Source of the DNA: Candidatus Marinacidobacterales bacterium
Lineage (GTDB): Bacteria; Acidobacteriota; Vicinamibacteria; Marinacidobacterales; DATDRI01
Direction of reading: 5' to 3'
NCBI GenBank assembly: GCA_965226495.1
Contig: OZ245365.1
Coordinates: 32,001 to 96,000, forward strand
DNA: 64,000 nt
Numbering within the stretch: the first letter of the stretch is position 1; the number at the start of each line of letters is the position of its first letter. The position numbers and the translations under genes were made by a program. Of this stretch, positions 39,183-49,374 are shown one piece after another. The notes under the pieces are model-generated. The model saw only the letters and a list, made by a program, of their open reading frames with translations. It had not been told where the DNA came from and made no database searches.

Positions 39183-40085
39183 CTAGTCTTGATCGGAAGG
39201 GTTGGAAGCCCGGTCTGCTACCGGCGGAGGCTGGAACCGCAGAAAAGCGATTTGCTCCGAGAGAAGCCCGAACAAGAAAAGCACTGCCGAAGCGGTGAGA
39301 AGTAGCACCGAGGTATTGGTGACGTGAACTTCGGTAATGATCGTGTAAACGAGATACCCAAAACCGAGAGCAAAGAATGTTGCGGCAATCGGCAGAAAAA
39401 TTCGCAACGGGCTGAAGAGCGTAATCATACGCAGGATGATGATCAAGAACCGCGCACCTTCCCGCCAGGGTCTCATCTTGCTGTGAGAGTCGGCGGAGCG
39501 TTTCCTGCCTTCGATGGGGACGAAAAGAAGGTTGTATCCGGTTCTAACGAACGCCATGGTGCTCGTTGTGGGGTAACTGAAACCGTTTGGTAGTAGGTGT
39601 AAGAACTCTCGCAAGCGATCCCGCCGCGCGGCGCGAAAGCCCGATGTGAGATCTGGGATCTTACGCCCACACAGGTAGGACGCGAGCCGGGCCAATAGCA
39701 AATTACCCAGCCCCCGCGAGGCGTTGGCCTGGGCGCTCCAGTCGCGAGCACCCACGACCATATCGTACTCTCCAAGCGGCCCGATCAGCTTCCGAATGTC
39801 CTCCGGGTCGTGTTGGCCATCGGCATCCATAAGAAGCACCAGGTCGCCCTTCGCTTCTCGAATAGCGGATTTCACCGCGGCGCCGTTTCCTTTGTTGTAG
39901 GGGTGGCGGATGACCCTGGCACCCGCTGCCTCGGCGGCTTCGGCGGTGCCATCGCTGGAGCCATCGTCGATAACGACGACTTCGAGCCAGTTTCCCGCCG
40001 TCTTCGCTCTTTTGACGAGAGCCCCGATGGAGCCCTGCTCGTTGAAAGCCGGGATCAGAACACTGATCCGCTCGGGCTCCGCCAT
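39183..40085 (-). CDS. GT2 glycosyltransferase (DPM-synthase-like) with two C-terminal TM helices
   Basis: IPAFNE, DDGSSDGT, N.G.G.A, DADGQH, DLTSGFRA. Confidence 0.92.
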   Translation of the reverse strand: MAEPERISVLIPAFNEQGSIGALVKRAKTAGNWLEVVVIDDGSSDGTAEAAEAAGARVIRHPYNKGNGAAVKSAIREAKGDLVLLMDADGQHDPEDIRKLIGPLGEYDMVVGARDWSAQANASRGLGNLLLARLASYLCGRKIPDLTSGFRAARRDRLREFLHLLPNGFSYPTTSTMAFVRTGYNLLFVPIEGRKRSADSHSKMRPWREGARFLIIILRMITLFSPLRIFLPIAATFFALGFGYLVYTIITEVHVTNTSVLLLTASAVLFLFGLLSEQIAFLRFQPPPVADRASNPSDQD

Positions 40086-40086
40086 C

Positions 40087-41082
40087 TCAGCTGCTTTTCC
40101 TCGTGGCGGGCTCAGGCGCGGAGGATCTTTCGCTGCCGGCCGCGGACACTTGGTCTTCCATGCGGCGTTGGCGATACAGGACCTCTTCGAGGAGCCGTCT
40201 CACCGAGCCCATGATGTCTGCGACGAGGCCGATGAGGACGATCTGAAAACCGACGATCAGTAAGACTCCCGCGGCGATCACCGACTGTACGTGCCCGCGG
40301 CCCTCTCCGATCCAAACGAAGTACCCATAGCGAGCAGAAAGCAGGAGGCCCGCGGCCAAGAAAACCGCACCGATGTAGCTGAAGATCTTGAGCGGCTCAT
40401 ACATCGCGTAGATCCGCACGATAGTCGCGGCGGAACGCTTGACGTAATTCCAATCGCTGGAGATGAGCCGACTGGGTCGTGTTGGACGCGGCGTAATGGG
40501 TATCTGCGCGATGGCCATTCGTTTCTTGCCCGCTTGAATAATGGTCTCGAGCGTGTAGGTGTAGTCGGAAATCACATTCAATCGTTGCGCCGCGTTCCGG
40601 GAAAAGGCTCGGAATCCGCTCGTCGTGTCGGGAACCTTGGTGCCCGATACCTGCCGAACCACCCAGCTGCCGATGGCCTGGAGTTTCTTCTTGGTGAAGG
40701 AGAAGTGTTCCACGTTTCCTACTTGCCGGTCTCCTATCACCATCTCCGCCCGGCCTTCGAGAATGGGGGCGATCAATCTTGGGATCTCGCTGCCGGGGTA
40801 CTGGTTGTCGCCATCGGTATTGACGATGATGTCCGCTCCGAGGCGGAGGGAGGCATCGATTCCGGCCTTGAAGGTAGCGGCGAGTCCTCGCGTTCGCTCG
40901 AAGTGTATGACGTGGTCCGCCCCATGCTGCGTGGCGATTTCCGGCGACCCGTCGGTTGAGCCGTCATCGACGATCAGGATTTCGACCTCGTCCACTCCGA
41001 CCACGTGTCGCGGAATTTCGGCGAGGGTCATCGGAAGCGCGTCGGCCTCGTTCAGGCACGGTATCTGGACGATTAGCTTCAT
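40087..41082 (-). CDS. GT2 glycosyltransferase (DPM-synthase-like)
   Basis: QIPCLNE, DDGSTD, NTDGDNQY, DTTSGFRA, C-terminal TM helices. Confidence 0.92.
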   Translation of the reverse strand: MKLIVQIPCLNEADALPMTLAEIPRHVVGVDEVEILIVDDGSTDGSPEIATQHGADHVIHFERTRGLAATFKAGIDASLRLGADIIVNTDGDNQYPGSEIPRLIAPILEGRAEMVIGDRQVGNVEHFSFTKKKLQAIGSWVVRQVSGTKVPDTTSGFRAFSRNAAQRLNVISDYTYTLETIIQAGKKRMAIAQIPITPRPTRPSRLISSDWNYVKRSAATIVRIYAMYEPLKIFSYIGAVFLAAGLLLSARYGYFVWIGEGRGHVQSVIAAGVLLIVGFQIVLIGLVADIMGSVRRLLEEVLYRQRRMEDQVSAAGSERSSAPEPATRKSS

Positions 41083-41097
41083 GATCGCCTTACTAAT

Positions 41098-42159
41098 CTA
41101 CACGTTGAAGCGAAAGATGACCACATCGCCGTCCGCTAGCGGATAGCCTTTGCCTTCCAATCGAAGGAGCCCTTTGTCCCGGCACGCGTTCCAAGTGCCC
41201 TCTTCCCTGAGTGCTTCATAGTGTACGACCTCGGCCCGTATGAAGCCGCGCTCCATGTCGCTATGGATGGTGCCGGCCGCAGCCGCCGCGGCTGTGCCGC
41301 GGCCAATGATCCACGCTCGCGACTCCTTTTCACCGGTCGTGTAAAAGGTGATCATTCCCAAAAGTTCGAAGGCCGCCGATACGATTCGCTCGATCGTATC
41401 CTCGGCTAATCCAAGGGTCTCGCGGAAAGCTTGCGCATCCTCGGGAGAGAGCTCGGCCATCTCCGCCTCTATTTTCGCCGAAGCGTAGGCTAAGCAGACC
41501 TCGGGAGCTTCCATCCAGCGATTGAGCCCCAGTTTTTCCGGCAACTCGTCCCGCGCCACCGCGTCGTCCTCGCCGATGTTCAAGAGCAGCAGCAGAGGTT
41601 TTGTGGTGAGCAACGCATAGCCACGTAATCGAGTTTGATCCTCTTCGGAAAGAACACCCCGTAACGGAGTGCCATCGGCCAGACTTTCCCTCGCGCGCTC
41701 GAGGGCTTCCTGCTCCCGCCGATCGACGTTCTTCCCTTTCCCAGAATCTGATTGCAGTCGTTCTAGTCTCTTCTCCACCAGTGCCAAATCGGCTAGCGTG
41801 AGCTCGAGCTCCACCATTTCGATATCGCGAGCCGGGTCGACCGAACCGTCGGGGTGAGCCACCGACGGGTCTGCGAAGGCGCGAGCGACGTGAACCAGAA
41901 CATCGACCGAGCGGAGCGCGGGTAGGTCCAGCTTCTCCTGTGATTCGCCTTTTACCAAACCAGGAACCAATACGAACTGGATCGTCGATGGCGTGATCTT
42001 CCGAGAGGCATGGAGCCGGTTCAGCTCATCGAGCCGCTCATCGGGGATCCTGAGAACCCCGAGCTGGGCCTCCCGACCCGACCCGGCCGCAACCTGCGTG
42101 AGGAGGGAGAAGATCGTTCGGCGGCCGGAGCCCGCAAGACCGAGAATACCTGCTTTCAT
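41098..42159 (-). CDS. ychF: YchF/OLA1-like protein with a degenerate P-loop
   Basis: PD.RLD.L, GLVKG, LLT.KP, AAG.IHSD.ERGFIRAEV, RLEGK.Y...DGDV..FRFNV. Confidence 0.85.
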   Translation of the reverse strand: MKAGILGLAGSGRRTIFSLLTQVAAGSGREAQLGVLRIPDERLDELNRLHASRKITPSTIQFVLVPGLVKGESQEKLDLPALRSVDVLVHVARAFADPSVAHPDGSVDPARDIEMVELELTLADLALVEKRLERLQSDSGKGKNVDRREQEALERARESLADGTPLRGVLSEEDQTRLRGYALLTTKPLLLLLNIGEDDAVARDELPEKLGLNRWMEAPEVCLAYASAKIEAEMAELSPEDAQAFRETLGLAEDTIERIVSAAFELLGMITFYTTGEKESRAWIIGRGTAAAAAAGTIHSDMERGFIRAEVVHYEALREEGTWNACRDKGLLRLEGKGYPLADGDVVIFRFNV

Positions 42160-42233
42160 AGGGGTGAATCTTACTACAGAGCCAGCATCGATGGCTTAAG
42201 GGCCAGCCTCCTCGGTCGCGGGCATCCATCCAT

Positions 42234-42298
42234 CGTTTGGGGCCCCACCCCCAAACGGCGCGCTTCGTCGGCAGGCGACTGCGCGCGGGCTGAGGGCT
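42234..42298 (-). repeat. core plus module A copy of the dispersed repeat
   Basis: CGTTTGGGGCCCCACCCCCAAACG...GCGCTTCGTCGGCAGGCGACTGCGCGCGGGCTGAGGGCT. Confidence 0.85.
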
Positions 42299-42377
42299 CT
42301 CGCCCGTTCTCGCACCCCCTGGGAAATTCTGTCGTAGGGAATTCCCCCTATCGCCGTAACTCATTGTTAATTAAAGC

Positions 42378-42439
42378 TTGACACAAGGACGTACGTATCT
42401 TAGGATTTTAAGTGGAGTAAAGTGGAATAAAGTGGTCTA
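42378..42439 (+). promoter_or_regulatory. dcw promoter with three MraZ-binding boxes
   Basis: TTGACA-N17-TAGGAT followed by AAGTGG at 10-bp period x3 (42410-42439). Confidence 0.88.
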
Positions 42440-42509
42440 GGAGTCTTCTATCTAGTCAGGATTGTACCCGATCCTTGGCTGAATTTGATCTCGGTATTGG
42501 GAGGTCTCG

Positions 42510-42950
42510 GTGCTCCGGGGAAATCATCCTGCTCGTGTCGATGACAAGGGCCGGATAAAGGTACCCAACGGGTTCCTTCAGCTTCTGGAGGCGAACTTCG
42601 GGGTGGAGGTGTTCATCACCAGCCTGAGTGGCGACAACGTGCGCGTGTATCCCATGGAAGTGTGGCTAGAACTGGAGCGAAAGCTGGAAGCGATACCCGG
42701 TTTACATCCTTCGAAGGCTCGCTTTCTCGATCGCGTGCATTTCTTCGGACAGGCGACGTCACGGGACAAGCAAGGAAGGCTGCTGATCCCAGCTTTGTTG
42801 CGGGAGATGGCCGACATGAAAGGCCCGGTCGACGTGCTGGGCAAGTACGACTTCCTCGAGATTTGGAACCACGAGCGGTTCTTGGAAAAACTGAAGAGCG
42901 ACCCGCTAACGGAAGACGACGGGCATCGACTGGCGGAGTTCGGAATCTAG
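42510..42950 (+). CDS. mraZ: transcriptional regulator MraZ
   Basis: DDKGRIKVP and DKQGRLLIP duplicated motifs, LEIW. Confidence 0.95.
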   Translation: MLRGNHPARVDDKGRIKVPNGFLQLLEANFGVEVFITSLSGDNVRVYPMEVWLELERKLEAIPGLHPSKARFLDRVHFFGQATSRDKQGRLLIPALLREMADMKGPVDVLGKYDFLEIWNHERFLEKLKSDPLTEDDGHRLAEFGI

Positions 42951-42977
42951 ATGCTGTTGGTGCAGGAGGAAAGGGAA

Positions 42978-43868
42978 GTGAAATCCTTGGAGTATCCGCA
43001 TCGACCGGTACTCGTGGATGAGGTTCTTGCGCACCTCGAGCCTCAGCCGGAAGGTGTCGTGGTCGACGCGACTCTTGGCGCCGGTGGCCACGCGGAAGCG
43101 ATCCTGAAATCGTCATCGCCGTCGGGCCGGCTGCTGGGACTGGATCGTGACGAAGGGGCCCTAGGCGTAGCGCGCGCGCGACTGCATCCGTTCGGCGATC
43201 GAGTTCGGTTACGTCAGGGTTCGTTCGTCGACCTACCCGAACATCTCGATCGGGAAGGCTTCACAAACGTAAATGGCATCGTAGCCGATCTCGGTCTTTC
43301 CAGTGCCCAGCTCGGTGATGGCGACCGTGGTTTTGCTTTCTCCTCGGACGGTCCGCTCGATATGAGGTTTGATCGGAGCGCGGGAGAAACCGCGGCCGAG
43401 CTCATCAGCCGGCTCGACGAGAAAGAGCTCGCCGATCTGATTTTCAATTTCGGAGAGGAACGGAAATCACGCGCCATCGCACGCCGCATCGTTCAGCGAC
43501 GACCGATCCTAGACACTGCCGAACTGCGTCGGGCAGTGCACTCCGTTCTCGGTCCGGCGCGTCGCGGCGGAATCGACCCGGCGACCCGCACTTTCCAGGC
43601 CCTGCGCATCGCTGTCAACAAAGAGTTAGACGCGCTCGATGCCTTCCTCGAGAGCGCGGCGGAGCGACTCGCACCGGGCGGCCGCTTGGTAATCATCTCC
43701 TACCATTCGCTCGAAGACCGAGCGGTGAAGTGGGCATTCAGAGAAAAGAGTGGCACGGAGAGCTTTAGCGTGTTGACCCGCAAACCTGTTCGTGCCGGCG
43801 AAGACGAGATTGCGGAGAACCGCCGGGCACGGAGTGCGAAGCTTCGAGCGCTCGAGAGAGCGTCTTGA
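42978..43868 (+). CDS. rsmH: 16S rRNA m4C1402 methyltransferase
   Basis: HRPVL, DATLGAGGH, DLGLSS.QL, PLDMR, TFQALRIAVN, SYHSLEDR, RARSAKLR. Confidence 0.96.
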   Translation: MKSLEYPHRPVLVDEVLAHLEPQPEGVVVDATLGAGGHAEAILKSSSPSGRLLGLDRDEGALGVARARLHPFGDRVRLRQGSFVDLPEHLDREGFTNVNGIVADLGLSSAQLGDGDRGFAFSSDGPLDMRFDRSAGETAAELISRLDEKELADLIFNFGEERKSRAIARRIVQRRPILDTAELRRAVHSVLGPARRGGIDPATRTFQALRIAVNKELDALDAFLESAAERLAPGGRLVIISYHSLEDRAVKWAFREKSGTESFSVLTRKPVRAGEDEIAENRRARSAKLRALERAS

Positions 43869-43869
43869 C

Positions 43870-44244
43870 ATGACCAATCTTCGTTATCAAGTCAGCCGGC
43901 GGGTAGCCAACGAGCAGCTGGTGCGGCAGGTCGACCGGGAACGCAACAAGCAACTCGTGATGGTCACGATCACCGGACTTCTCTTGGCCGCCGCCGTCTT
44001 GGCGTACGGTTGGCAGCATTTCGAGATGATTCGAAGCGGCTACCGGATGGAAGAGCAAAAGCAGGAGCGGGAATACCTCGTCAAGATTCAGCGACAACTG
44101 GCCCTCGAAAGGGCATCGCTGGTCTCGCCGGATCGCATCGAGACGATCGCGACTCGCGAACTTGGGATGGTGCCGCCATCGGACGACCAGGTCGTGGTCA
44201 TCGAGCCTTACCGTGTCAGAGAAGACAGTACGCCCGAGGAGTAG
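43870..44244 (+). CDS. ftsL: cell division protein FtsL
   Basis: Single TM, coiled coil, RIE.IA..LGM; between rsmH and ftsI. Confidence 0.88.
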   Translation: MTNLRYQVSRRVANEQLVRQVDRERNKQLVMVTITGLLLAAAVLAYGWQHFEMIRSGYRMEEQKQEREYLVKIQRQLALERASLVSPDRIETIATRELGMVPPSDDQVVVIEPYRVREDSTPEE

Positions 44245-44246
44245 AA

Positions 44247-46250
44247 GTGGACCGTAACCGCAGTCTGGCTCGCGCTCGCTTCAGAGTAACGCTGCTCGCT
44301 CTTCTGAGCACGTTGTGGGTGAGTGGGCTCGTCGGCCGGTTGGCGTACTTGCAGATTTACGCGCGCCAGAGTCTTCAGGAGCGAGCCGAGCTTCAACAGC
44401 AACAGACGATGAAAATCGATCCGACCCGGGGAACGATCTACGACCGCAATGTACGGCAACTCGCGGTGAGCGTGGATGTGGAGTCGGTTTATGCGGTGCC
44501 ACGAGCGATCGAAGATCCGGATACTACTGCGAATCGACTGGGCACCTGCTTGAAAGTGGACGTTGGAGAGCTTTCCGCTCGTCTGGCGAGCGACAGGAGT
44601 TTCCTCTGGGTCAATCGAAAGGTGGACCCAGCCGCCGCCGACTGCGTTCGTAGCCTCGGTCTTTCGGGCGTGAACTTCCTTCCCGAGATCCGTCGCTTCT
44701 ACCCGAAGCGGCGTCTTGCGGCCCACGTTTTGGGTTACGTGGGAATGGATAACGAAGGCATGAGCGGGGTCGAGTACGCCTTTGAGAAAGAGATTCGAGG
44801 AGAGGACGGACGGCAAATCATTTGGAGCGATGCGCGAAACCGCCCCGCCGCGAGCCGTGTGGAAAAGCTCCCCCAGCCGGGTCGAAACATTTATCTAACC
44901 ATCGATGAAACGCTCCAATACGTGGCGGAGACCGAACTGGAAGCAGCGGTCGATGAGAGTGGGTCGAAGGGCGGCTTGGCTATTCTTTTGCGTCCTGAGA
45001 CCGGTGAAATCCTCGCCATGGCGGCCGTGCCAGGTTTCAATCCAAATCGCTACGGGGATTTTCATCCGAGCACTTGGCGTAATCGTTCGGTGACCGACGC
45101 CTATGAGCCCGGGTCTACCTTCAAGATCATCACCGCCGCCGCTGCCCTCGAAGAAGGGGTCGTGACCGAAGACGAACGGATCGACTGTGGGCGGGGAGTG
45201 CTCGAAGTCGGTGATCGCCTCATTCGCGACCATAAGGTGTTCGACGTTCTCACCTTCCGTGAGGTCATCGAGAAGTCGAGCAACGTCGGGATGATTCGGA
45301 TCGGGCAGCGCCTGGGACCGGAGCGATTCGAGGCGTACGTTCGAGCTTTCGGTTTCGGCGAAACGACTGGTGTGGGGCTTTCAGCGGAGAGCAGGGGAAT
45401 TCTTCGCGACGTCTCGGAGTGGTGGCCTGTCACACTCGCGGCCATCTCGTTCGGGCAGGAGATCGCGGTGACATCACTTCAGATGGTGACTGCGGTCAAC
45501 GCGATAGCGGCCTCCGGCTACTTGATGCGCCCCATTCTGGTCAAGGAGATCCGCTCGCCTCGTAACGAAGCCCTGACGACCACATCTCCTTCTCCGGTGC
45601 GCCGGGTTGTCAGCACGGAGACCGCGGCACGACTCAGCGACATCTTGGTGGGAGTGGTCGAGCGAGGCACGGGGACTCGCGCCGCCATTCCTGGCTACAC
45701 CGTGGCGGGCAAGACGGGAACTGCTCAGAAGGCCGCTCCGGAGGGAGGTTATTCGAAAACGGATTTTGTTGCCTCTTTTGTCGGGTTCGCTCCGGCTGGT
45801 GCTCCCGAGCTCACCGCGCTCGTTCTGCTGGACTCGCCAATCGGAGATCATACGGGAGGCCGCGCCGCGGGTGTTTTTGCGCGCATCGTAGAGAGAAGCC
45901 TTCGTTATTTGGGTGTTCCGCCGGACGTGCCGAGAGAGGATGGTGCCCGTTCGATCAAGTTGGCCTCGCGTTGGCCGCGCCAGGAACCACTGGACAGAGC
46001 AAACGATGCACTGGCGTCGTCCCGCCTGCCCGTGGCTCGGGCCGCATTCGGATCACGGATGTCGGCGAAGATACGGATGCCTTCCCTAGAGGGACTTCCG
46101 GCTCGCGACGCGGTGGCTCGTCTGATCTCCGCCAGTTTGTCTCCCGAACTCATGGGCTCAGGGTGGGTCATCGATCAGGATCCCGCAGCCGGATCGTCGG
46201 TGGATCCTGGCTCGCGGTGTTTGGTGTTCCTCGGAGGCCGTGACCAATGA
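44247..46250 (+). CDS. ftsI: class B PBP with a C-terminal PASTA-like domain
   Basis: RGTIYDRN, R.YP, G.SGVE, EPGSTFK, KSSN, GKTGTAQ. Confidence 0.93.
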   Translation: MDRNRSLARARFRVTLLALLSTLWVSGLVGRLAYLQIYARQSLQERAELQQQQTMKIDPTRGTIYDRNVRQLAVSVDVESVYAVPRAIEDPDTTANRLGTCLKVDVGELSARLASDRSFLWVNRKVDPAAADCVRSLGLSGVNFLPEIRRFYPKRRLAAHVLGYVGMDNEGMSGVEYAFEKEIRGEDGRQIIWSDARNRPAASRVEKLPQPGRNIYLTIDETLQYVAETELEAAVDESGSKGGLAILLRPETGEILAMAAVPGFNPNRYGDFHPSTWRNRSVTDAYEPGSTFKIITAAAALEEGVVTEDERIDCGRGVLEVGDRLIRDHKVFDVLTFREVIEKSSNVGMIRIGQRLGPERFEAYVRAFGFGETTGVGLSAESRGILRDVSEWWPVTLAAISFGQEIAVTSLQMVTAVNAIAASGYLMRPILVKEIRSPRNEALTTTSPSPVRRVVSTETAARLSDILVGVVERGTGTRAAIPGYTVAGKTGTAQKAAPEGGYSKTDFVASFVGFAPAGAPELTALVLLDSPIGDHTGGRAAGVFARIVERSLRYLGVPPDVPREDGARSIKLASRWPRQEPLDRANDALASSRLPVARAAFGSRMSAKIRMPSLEGLPARDAVARLISASLSPELMGSGWVIDQDPAAGSSVDPGSRCLVFLGGRDQ

Positions 46251-47731
46251 CACTGGGAGATCTTCTGTCGAGCATCCCTGTCGAGGAGGTGCGAGGCACC
46301 GTTAAGCTCGAAGTCAAGGGTGTGACCGTCGACTCTCGGGCCGTCGAGTCGGGTTTTGTCTTCGTTGCGATCGCTGGCCAGATGACCGATGGCCATCGCT
46401 ACATCGGTGACGCGATCAAGCGAGGCGCCATCGCGGTGGTCAGTGAAAACGATCCGGGGCAGGGCGGACTCGTCTGGGTGCGCACTCCCGACGCCCGCCG
46501 CGCGGCAGGATTGCTTGCGGCAAGTTTCCTCGGCCAACCGTCGCAGCAGTTGAGCCTGGTTGGCGTGACCGGCACGAACGGAAAGACCACGACTGCATTT
46601 TTGTTGGAGGCGGTCTTCCAGAGTTTGGCTCCGCCGTCGGCGATGATGGGAACGGTCGTACATAGGGTGGGCTCGACGAGCAAGCCAGCGCGACACACGA
46701 CTCCGGAATCTCCCGAGCTTCAGTCCTTCCTGAGAAACTCCGTTGAGAAGGGCTGCCGCTTTGGAGTCTTGGAAGTCTCCTCGCATGGACTGTCGCTCGG
46801 GCGTCTAGAAGGTACCGAGTTCGAGTGTGCGGTCTTCACGAACCTGAGCCGAGATCACCTCGACTTTCACCGCGACATGGAAGACTACTTTGCTGCCAAA
46901 CGAATACTCTTCGAGCGCCATCTTCGATCGGCAGGGACTGCGGTGGTAGGGCTTGATAATAGCTATGGCCGTCGGTTAGCCGAGTCTCTCGACCACCGTT
47001 CGACCCTCACTTACGGCTACGGCGTCGACGCCGATCTGCAGGTCGAAAGCGTAGAGGCTGACTTCGACGGGCTTCGTTTCCGATTCAACGACCGCGGTGT
47101 CGTGCGAGCGATCGAGAGCCGGTTAGTGGGCCGCCACAATGTGTTGAATCTCTTGGCCGCCTACGGGGCGGCTTCCGCATTAGGGCTCGACCCGACCGAT
47201 GTTTTGACGGCGCTCGCCCAAATCGAGGGTGTACCGGGGCGCTACGAGAAGATCGAAGCCGGGCAGGCTTTTCACGTCGTTGTGGACTATGCCCATACCG
47301 ATGACGCCTTGCGCAACATCTTGGAGACGACTCGGGCCCTGCCGCATTCCAAAGTCCTAACGGTCTTCGGGTGCGGCGGCGATCGTGATCGCTCGAAACG
47401 GCCGCTGATGGGAGCGGTTGCCGCCCGCCTCTCCGATCTTGTGGTGCTGACTTCGGACAACCCGAGAAGCGAAGACCCGGGTTCCATTATCCGAGAGATC
47501 GAGCTGGGGACGAAGGGAAGGCAGTGTCAAGCGGATGTCAGGGTGGAGCCCGATCGCCGCAAGGCCATAGCGCTCGCTCTCTCTTTGAGTGAGCCTGGCG
47601 ATGTGGTCTTAGTAGCGGGGAAGGGGCATGAACCCTATCAAGTCATTGGCGAACGCGTGATTCGGTTCGATGACCGAGAGGTGGTGCGGGAGATTTTGAC
47701 TCGGCGTATGCAACCGTTGAACAGCCATTAG
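46247..47731 (+). CDS. murE: UDP-MurNAc-tripeptide synthetase (meso-DAP type)
   Basis: GVTGTNGKTT, TTPE, EVSSH, DHLDFH, DYAHT, GCGGDRD, DNPR, GKGHE. Confidence 0.96.
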   Translation: MTLGDLLSSIPVEEVRGTVKLEVKGVTVDSRAVESGFVFVAIAGQMTDGHRYIGDAIKRGAIAVVSENDPGQGGLVWVRTPDARRAAGLLAASFLGQPSQQLSLVGVTGTNGKTTTAFLLEAVFQSLAPPSAMMGTVVHRVGSTSKPARHTTPESPELQSFLRNSVEKGCRFGVLEVSSHGLSLGRLEGTEFECAVFTNLSRDHLDFHRDMEDYFAAKRILFERHLRSAGTAVVGLDNSYGRRLAESLDHRSTLTYGYGVDADLQVESVEADFDGLRFRFNDRGVVRAIESRLVGRHNVLNLLAAYGAASALGLDPTDVLTALAQIEGVPGRYEKIEAGQAFHVVVDYAHTDDALRNILETTRALPHSKVLTVFGCGGDRDRSKRPLMGAVAARLSDLVVLTSDNPRSEDPGSIIREIELGTKGRQCQADVRVEPDRRKAIALALSLSEPGDVVLVAGKGHEPYQVIGERVIRFDDREVVREILTRRMQPLNSH

Positions 47732-47784
47732 GGACTATGGGCAACGTTAGTTCACACCGGTGGCCGGAACGTTGGCGCGGGGAC

Positions 47785-47943
47785 AGCCCTGGGCCGATGC
47801 GTAGTCGCCTGCCGACGGAGCATCAAGCGTTGGGGGTGGGGCCCCAACGCACTGATCGAAAACCGAGGGCCAGGCGCGTGTCGGCCGCCAAAAAAGGTCG
47901 GTGCCACGAATCGACCGCGCCAGGCGGCGGGCCCCGCGCCACT
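47785..47943 (+). repeat. composite intergenic repeat (A-core-B-core) inside the dcw cluster
   Basis: Collinear with the reverse complement of 21641-21808. Confidence 0.85.
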
Positions 47944-47958
47944 CATTGAAAGAGCTTT

Positions 47959-49374
47959 TTGAATCTAACGGCGGGAGAGGTGGTTTCTTACTTGGGAGGA
48001 AAGCTCACGTCCGGTTCGGCAGAGACTCGAGTTGCGTCCGTCTCCATCGACTCGCGAACAGTCGAGCGAGGCGATCTGTTCTTCGCCATCGTGGGCCCGC
48101 GTTTCGATGGGCATCAGTTCGTCCCCCAAGCCCTAGAGAAGGGCGCGGTAGGAGCGGTGGTGTCGAAGCCACGGACAGTGGGTGAGAGAGACGAAACTGA
48201 AATTGAGATTTGCGTCGAGGATACGACCGTAGCACTCCAAGATTTGGCTAAGGCGGTGCGCCAGTCGGCGGGCGTCAAGGTGGTGGCCATCACCGGAAGC
48301 GTAGGCAAGACCACTACCAAGGAAGCAACCGCCGCCGCACTAGGAGCCAGATTTCGGGTGCTGAAATCGGCGGGGAATCTAAACAATTTGTACGGTCTTC
48401 CACTCTCGATTCTGAAGTTAGATGGAGAAGAAGTCGCAGTTTGGGAAATGGGAATGTCGGCGCCCGGCGAGATCGCACGCCTCACCGAGATCGCGAGGCC
48501 AGACGTGGGAGTGCTGCTGAACGTAGCAGAAGTTCACCGCGCGTTTTTTCCTTCTCTCGAAGCCATCGCGAAGGCGAAGGGAGAGCTTTTCGATGGCCTA
48601 GCCGGAGAGGCGGTGGCAGTTGTCAACGCCGACGATCCGTTGGTGCTCGAAGAAGCTCGCCGGTTCTCGGGGAGACAGGTTCGCTTCGGGATCGGAGAAA
48701 AAGCCGAGCTACGTGCCCGGAAGCTCGTTCGAACGTCGAACGGTATGCAGTTCATCGCTGAGCTCGAGGATTCCACCGGCGAACATCCTAAGGAACGAAC
48801 GAACGTGGTGGCCCCTCTTTTCGGGAGGCACAACGTCTATAACCTGCTCGCCGCCCTCGCCGCTTCCTGGACACTTGGATTGTCATTGGAAGAGGCGGCG
48901 GAGAAACTGCGGAATCTACAACCGGCAGCGCGGCGAGGTGAGCGTATCCACTTTGGAGGCGGTCCCCTCGTCATCGACGAGACTTACAACTCGAATCCCG
49001 CGGCAGTGAAGGCGGCGCTCGCTTCTTTGATGGAGGAAGGGGCTTCGCGACACATCGCGGTACTGGGGGATATGCTGGAGCTCGGGGATCGTGCCGAAGC
49101 GCTTCATGTCGACTGCGGCCGTTATGTCGCCGAACGCGGAGTGTCTCTCCTCATCGGTGTCGGTCCACTGGGGGCGACCCTCGTCGAAGGCGCGCGGCGC
49201 GCCGGAATGTCGAAGGACGCTCTTTTCACCGCTGCCGATGCGGTGGAAGCGGGCGAGCTTCTGGCCAAGCTGGTCTCTCCCGAAGACGCGGTCTTACTCA
49301 AAGCCTCGCGCGCAGTGACTCTCGAAGAGGCCATCACTGAACTTCGGAAGCGATATCCGGTGGAGTCGGCCTGA
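47959..49374 (+). CDS. murF: UDP-MurNAc-tripeptide--D-Ala-D-Ala ligase
   Basis: IDSR, FDGH, ITGSVGKTTTK, NLNN..G.P, EMGM, YNSNP, GDMLELG, KASR. Confidence 0.96.
   Translation: MNLTAGEVVSYLGGKLTSGSAETRVASVSIDSRTVERGDLFFAIVGPRFDGHQFVPQALEKGAVGAVVSKPRTVGERDETEIEICVEDTTVALQDLAKAVRQSAGVKVVAITGSVGKTTTKEATAAALGARFRVLKSAGNLNNLYGLPLSILKLDGEEVAVWEMGMSAPGEIARLTEIARPDVGVLLNVAEVHRAFFPSLEAIAKAKGELFDGLAGEAVAVVNADDPLVLEEARRFSGRQVRFGIGEKAELRARKLVRTSNGMQFIAELEDSTGEHPKERTNVVAPLFGRHNVYNLLAALAASWTLGLSLEEAAEKLRNLQPAARRGERIHFGGGPLVIDETYNSNPAAVKAALASLMEEGASRHIAVLGDMLELGDRAEALHVDCGRYVAERGVSLLIGVGPLGATLVEGARRAGMSKDALFTAADAVEAGELLAKLVSPEDAVLLKASRAVTLEEAITELRKRYPVESA

Noticed and set aside
42410-42439. Novel direct-repeat array
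   Set aside because: Matches known MraZ GTGG boxes at 10-bp spacing
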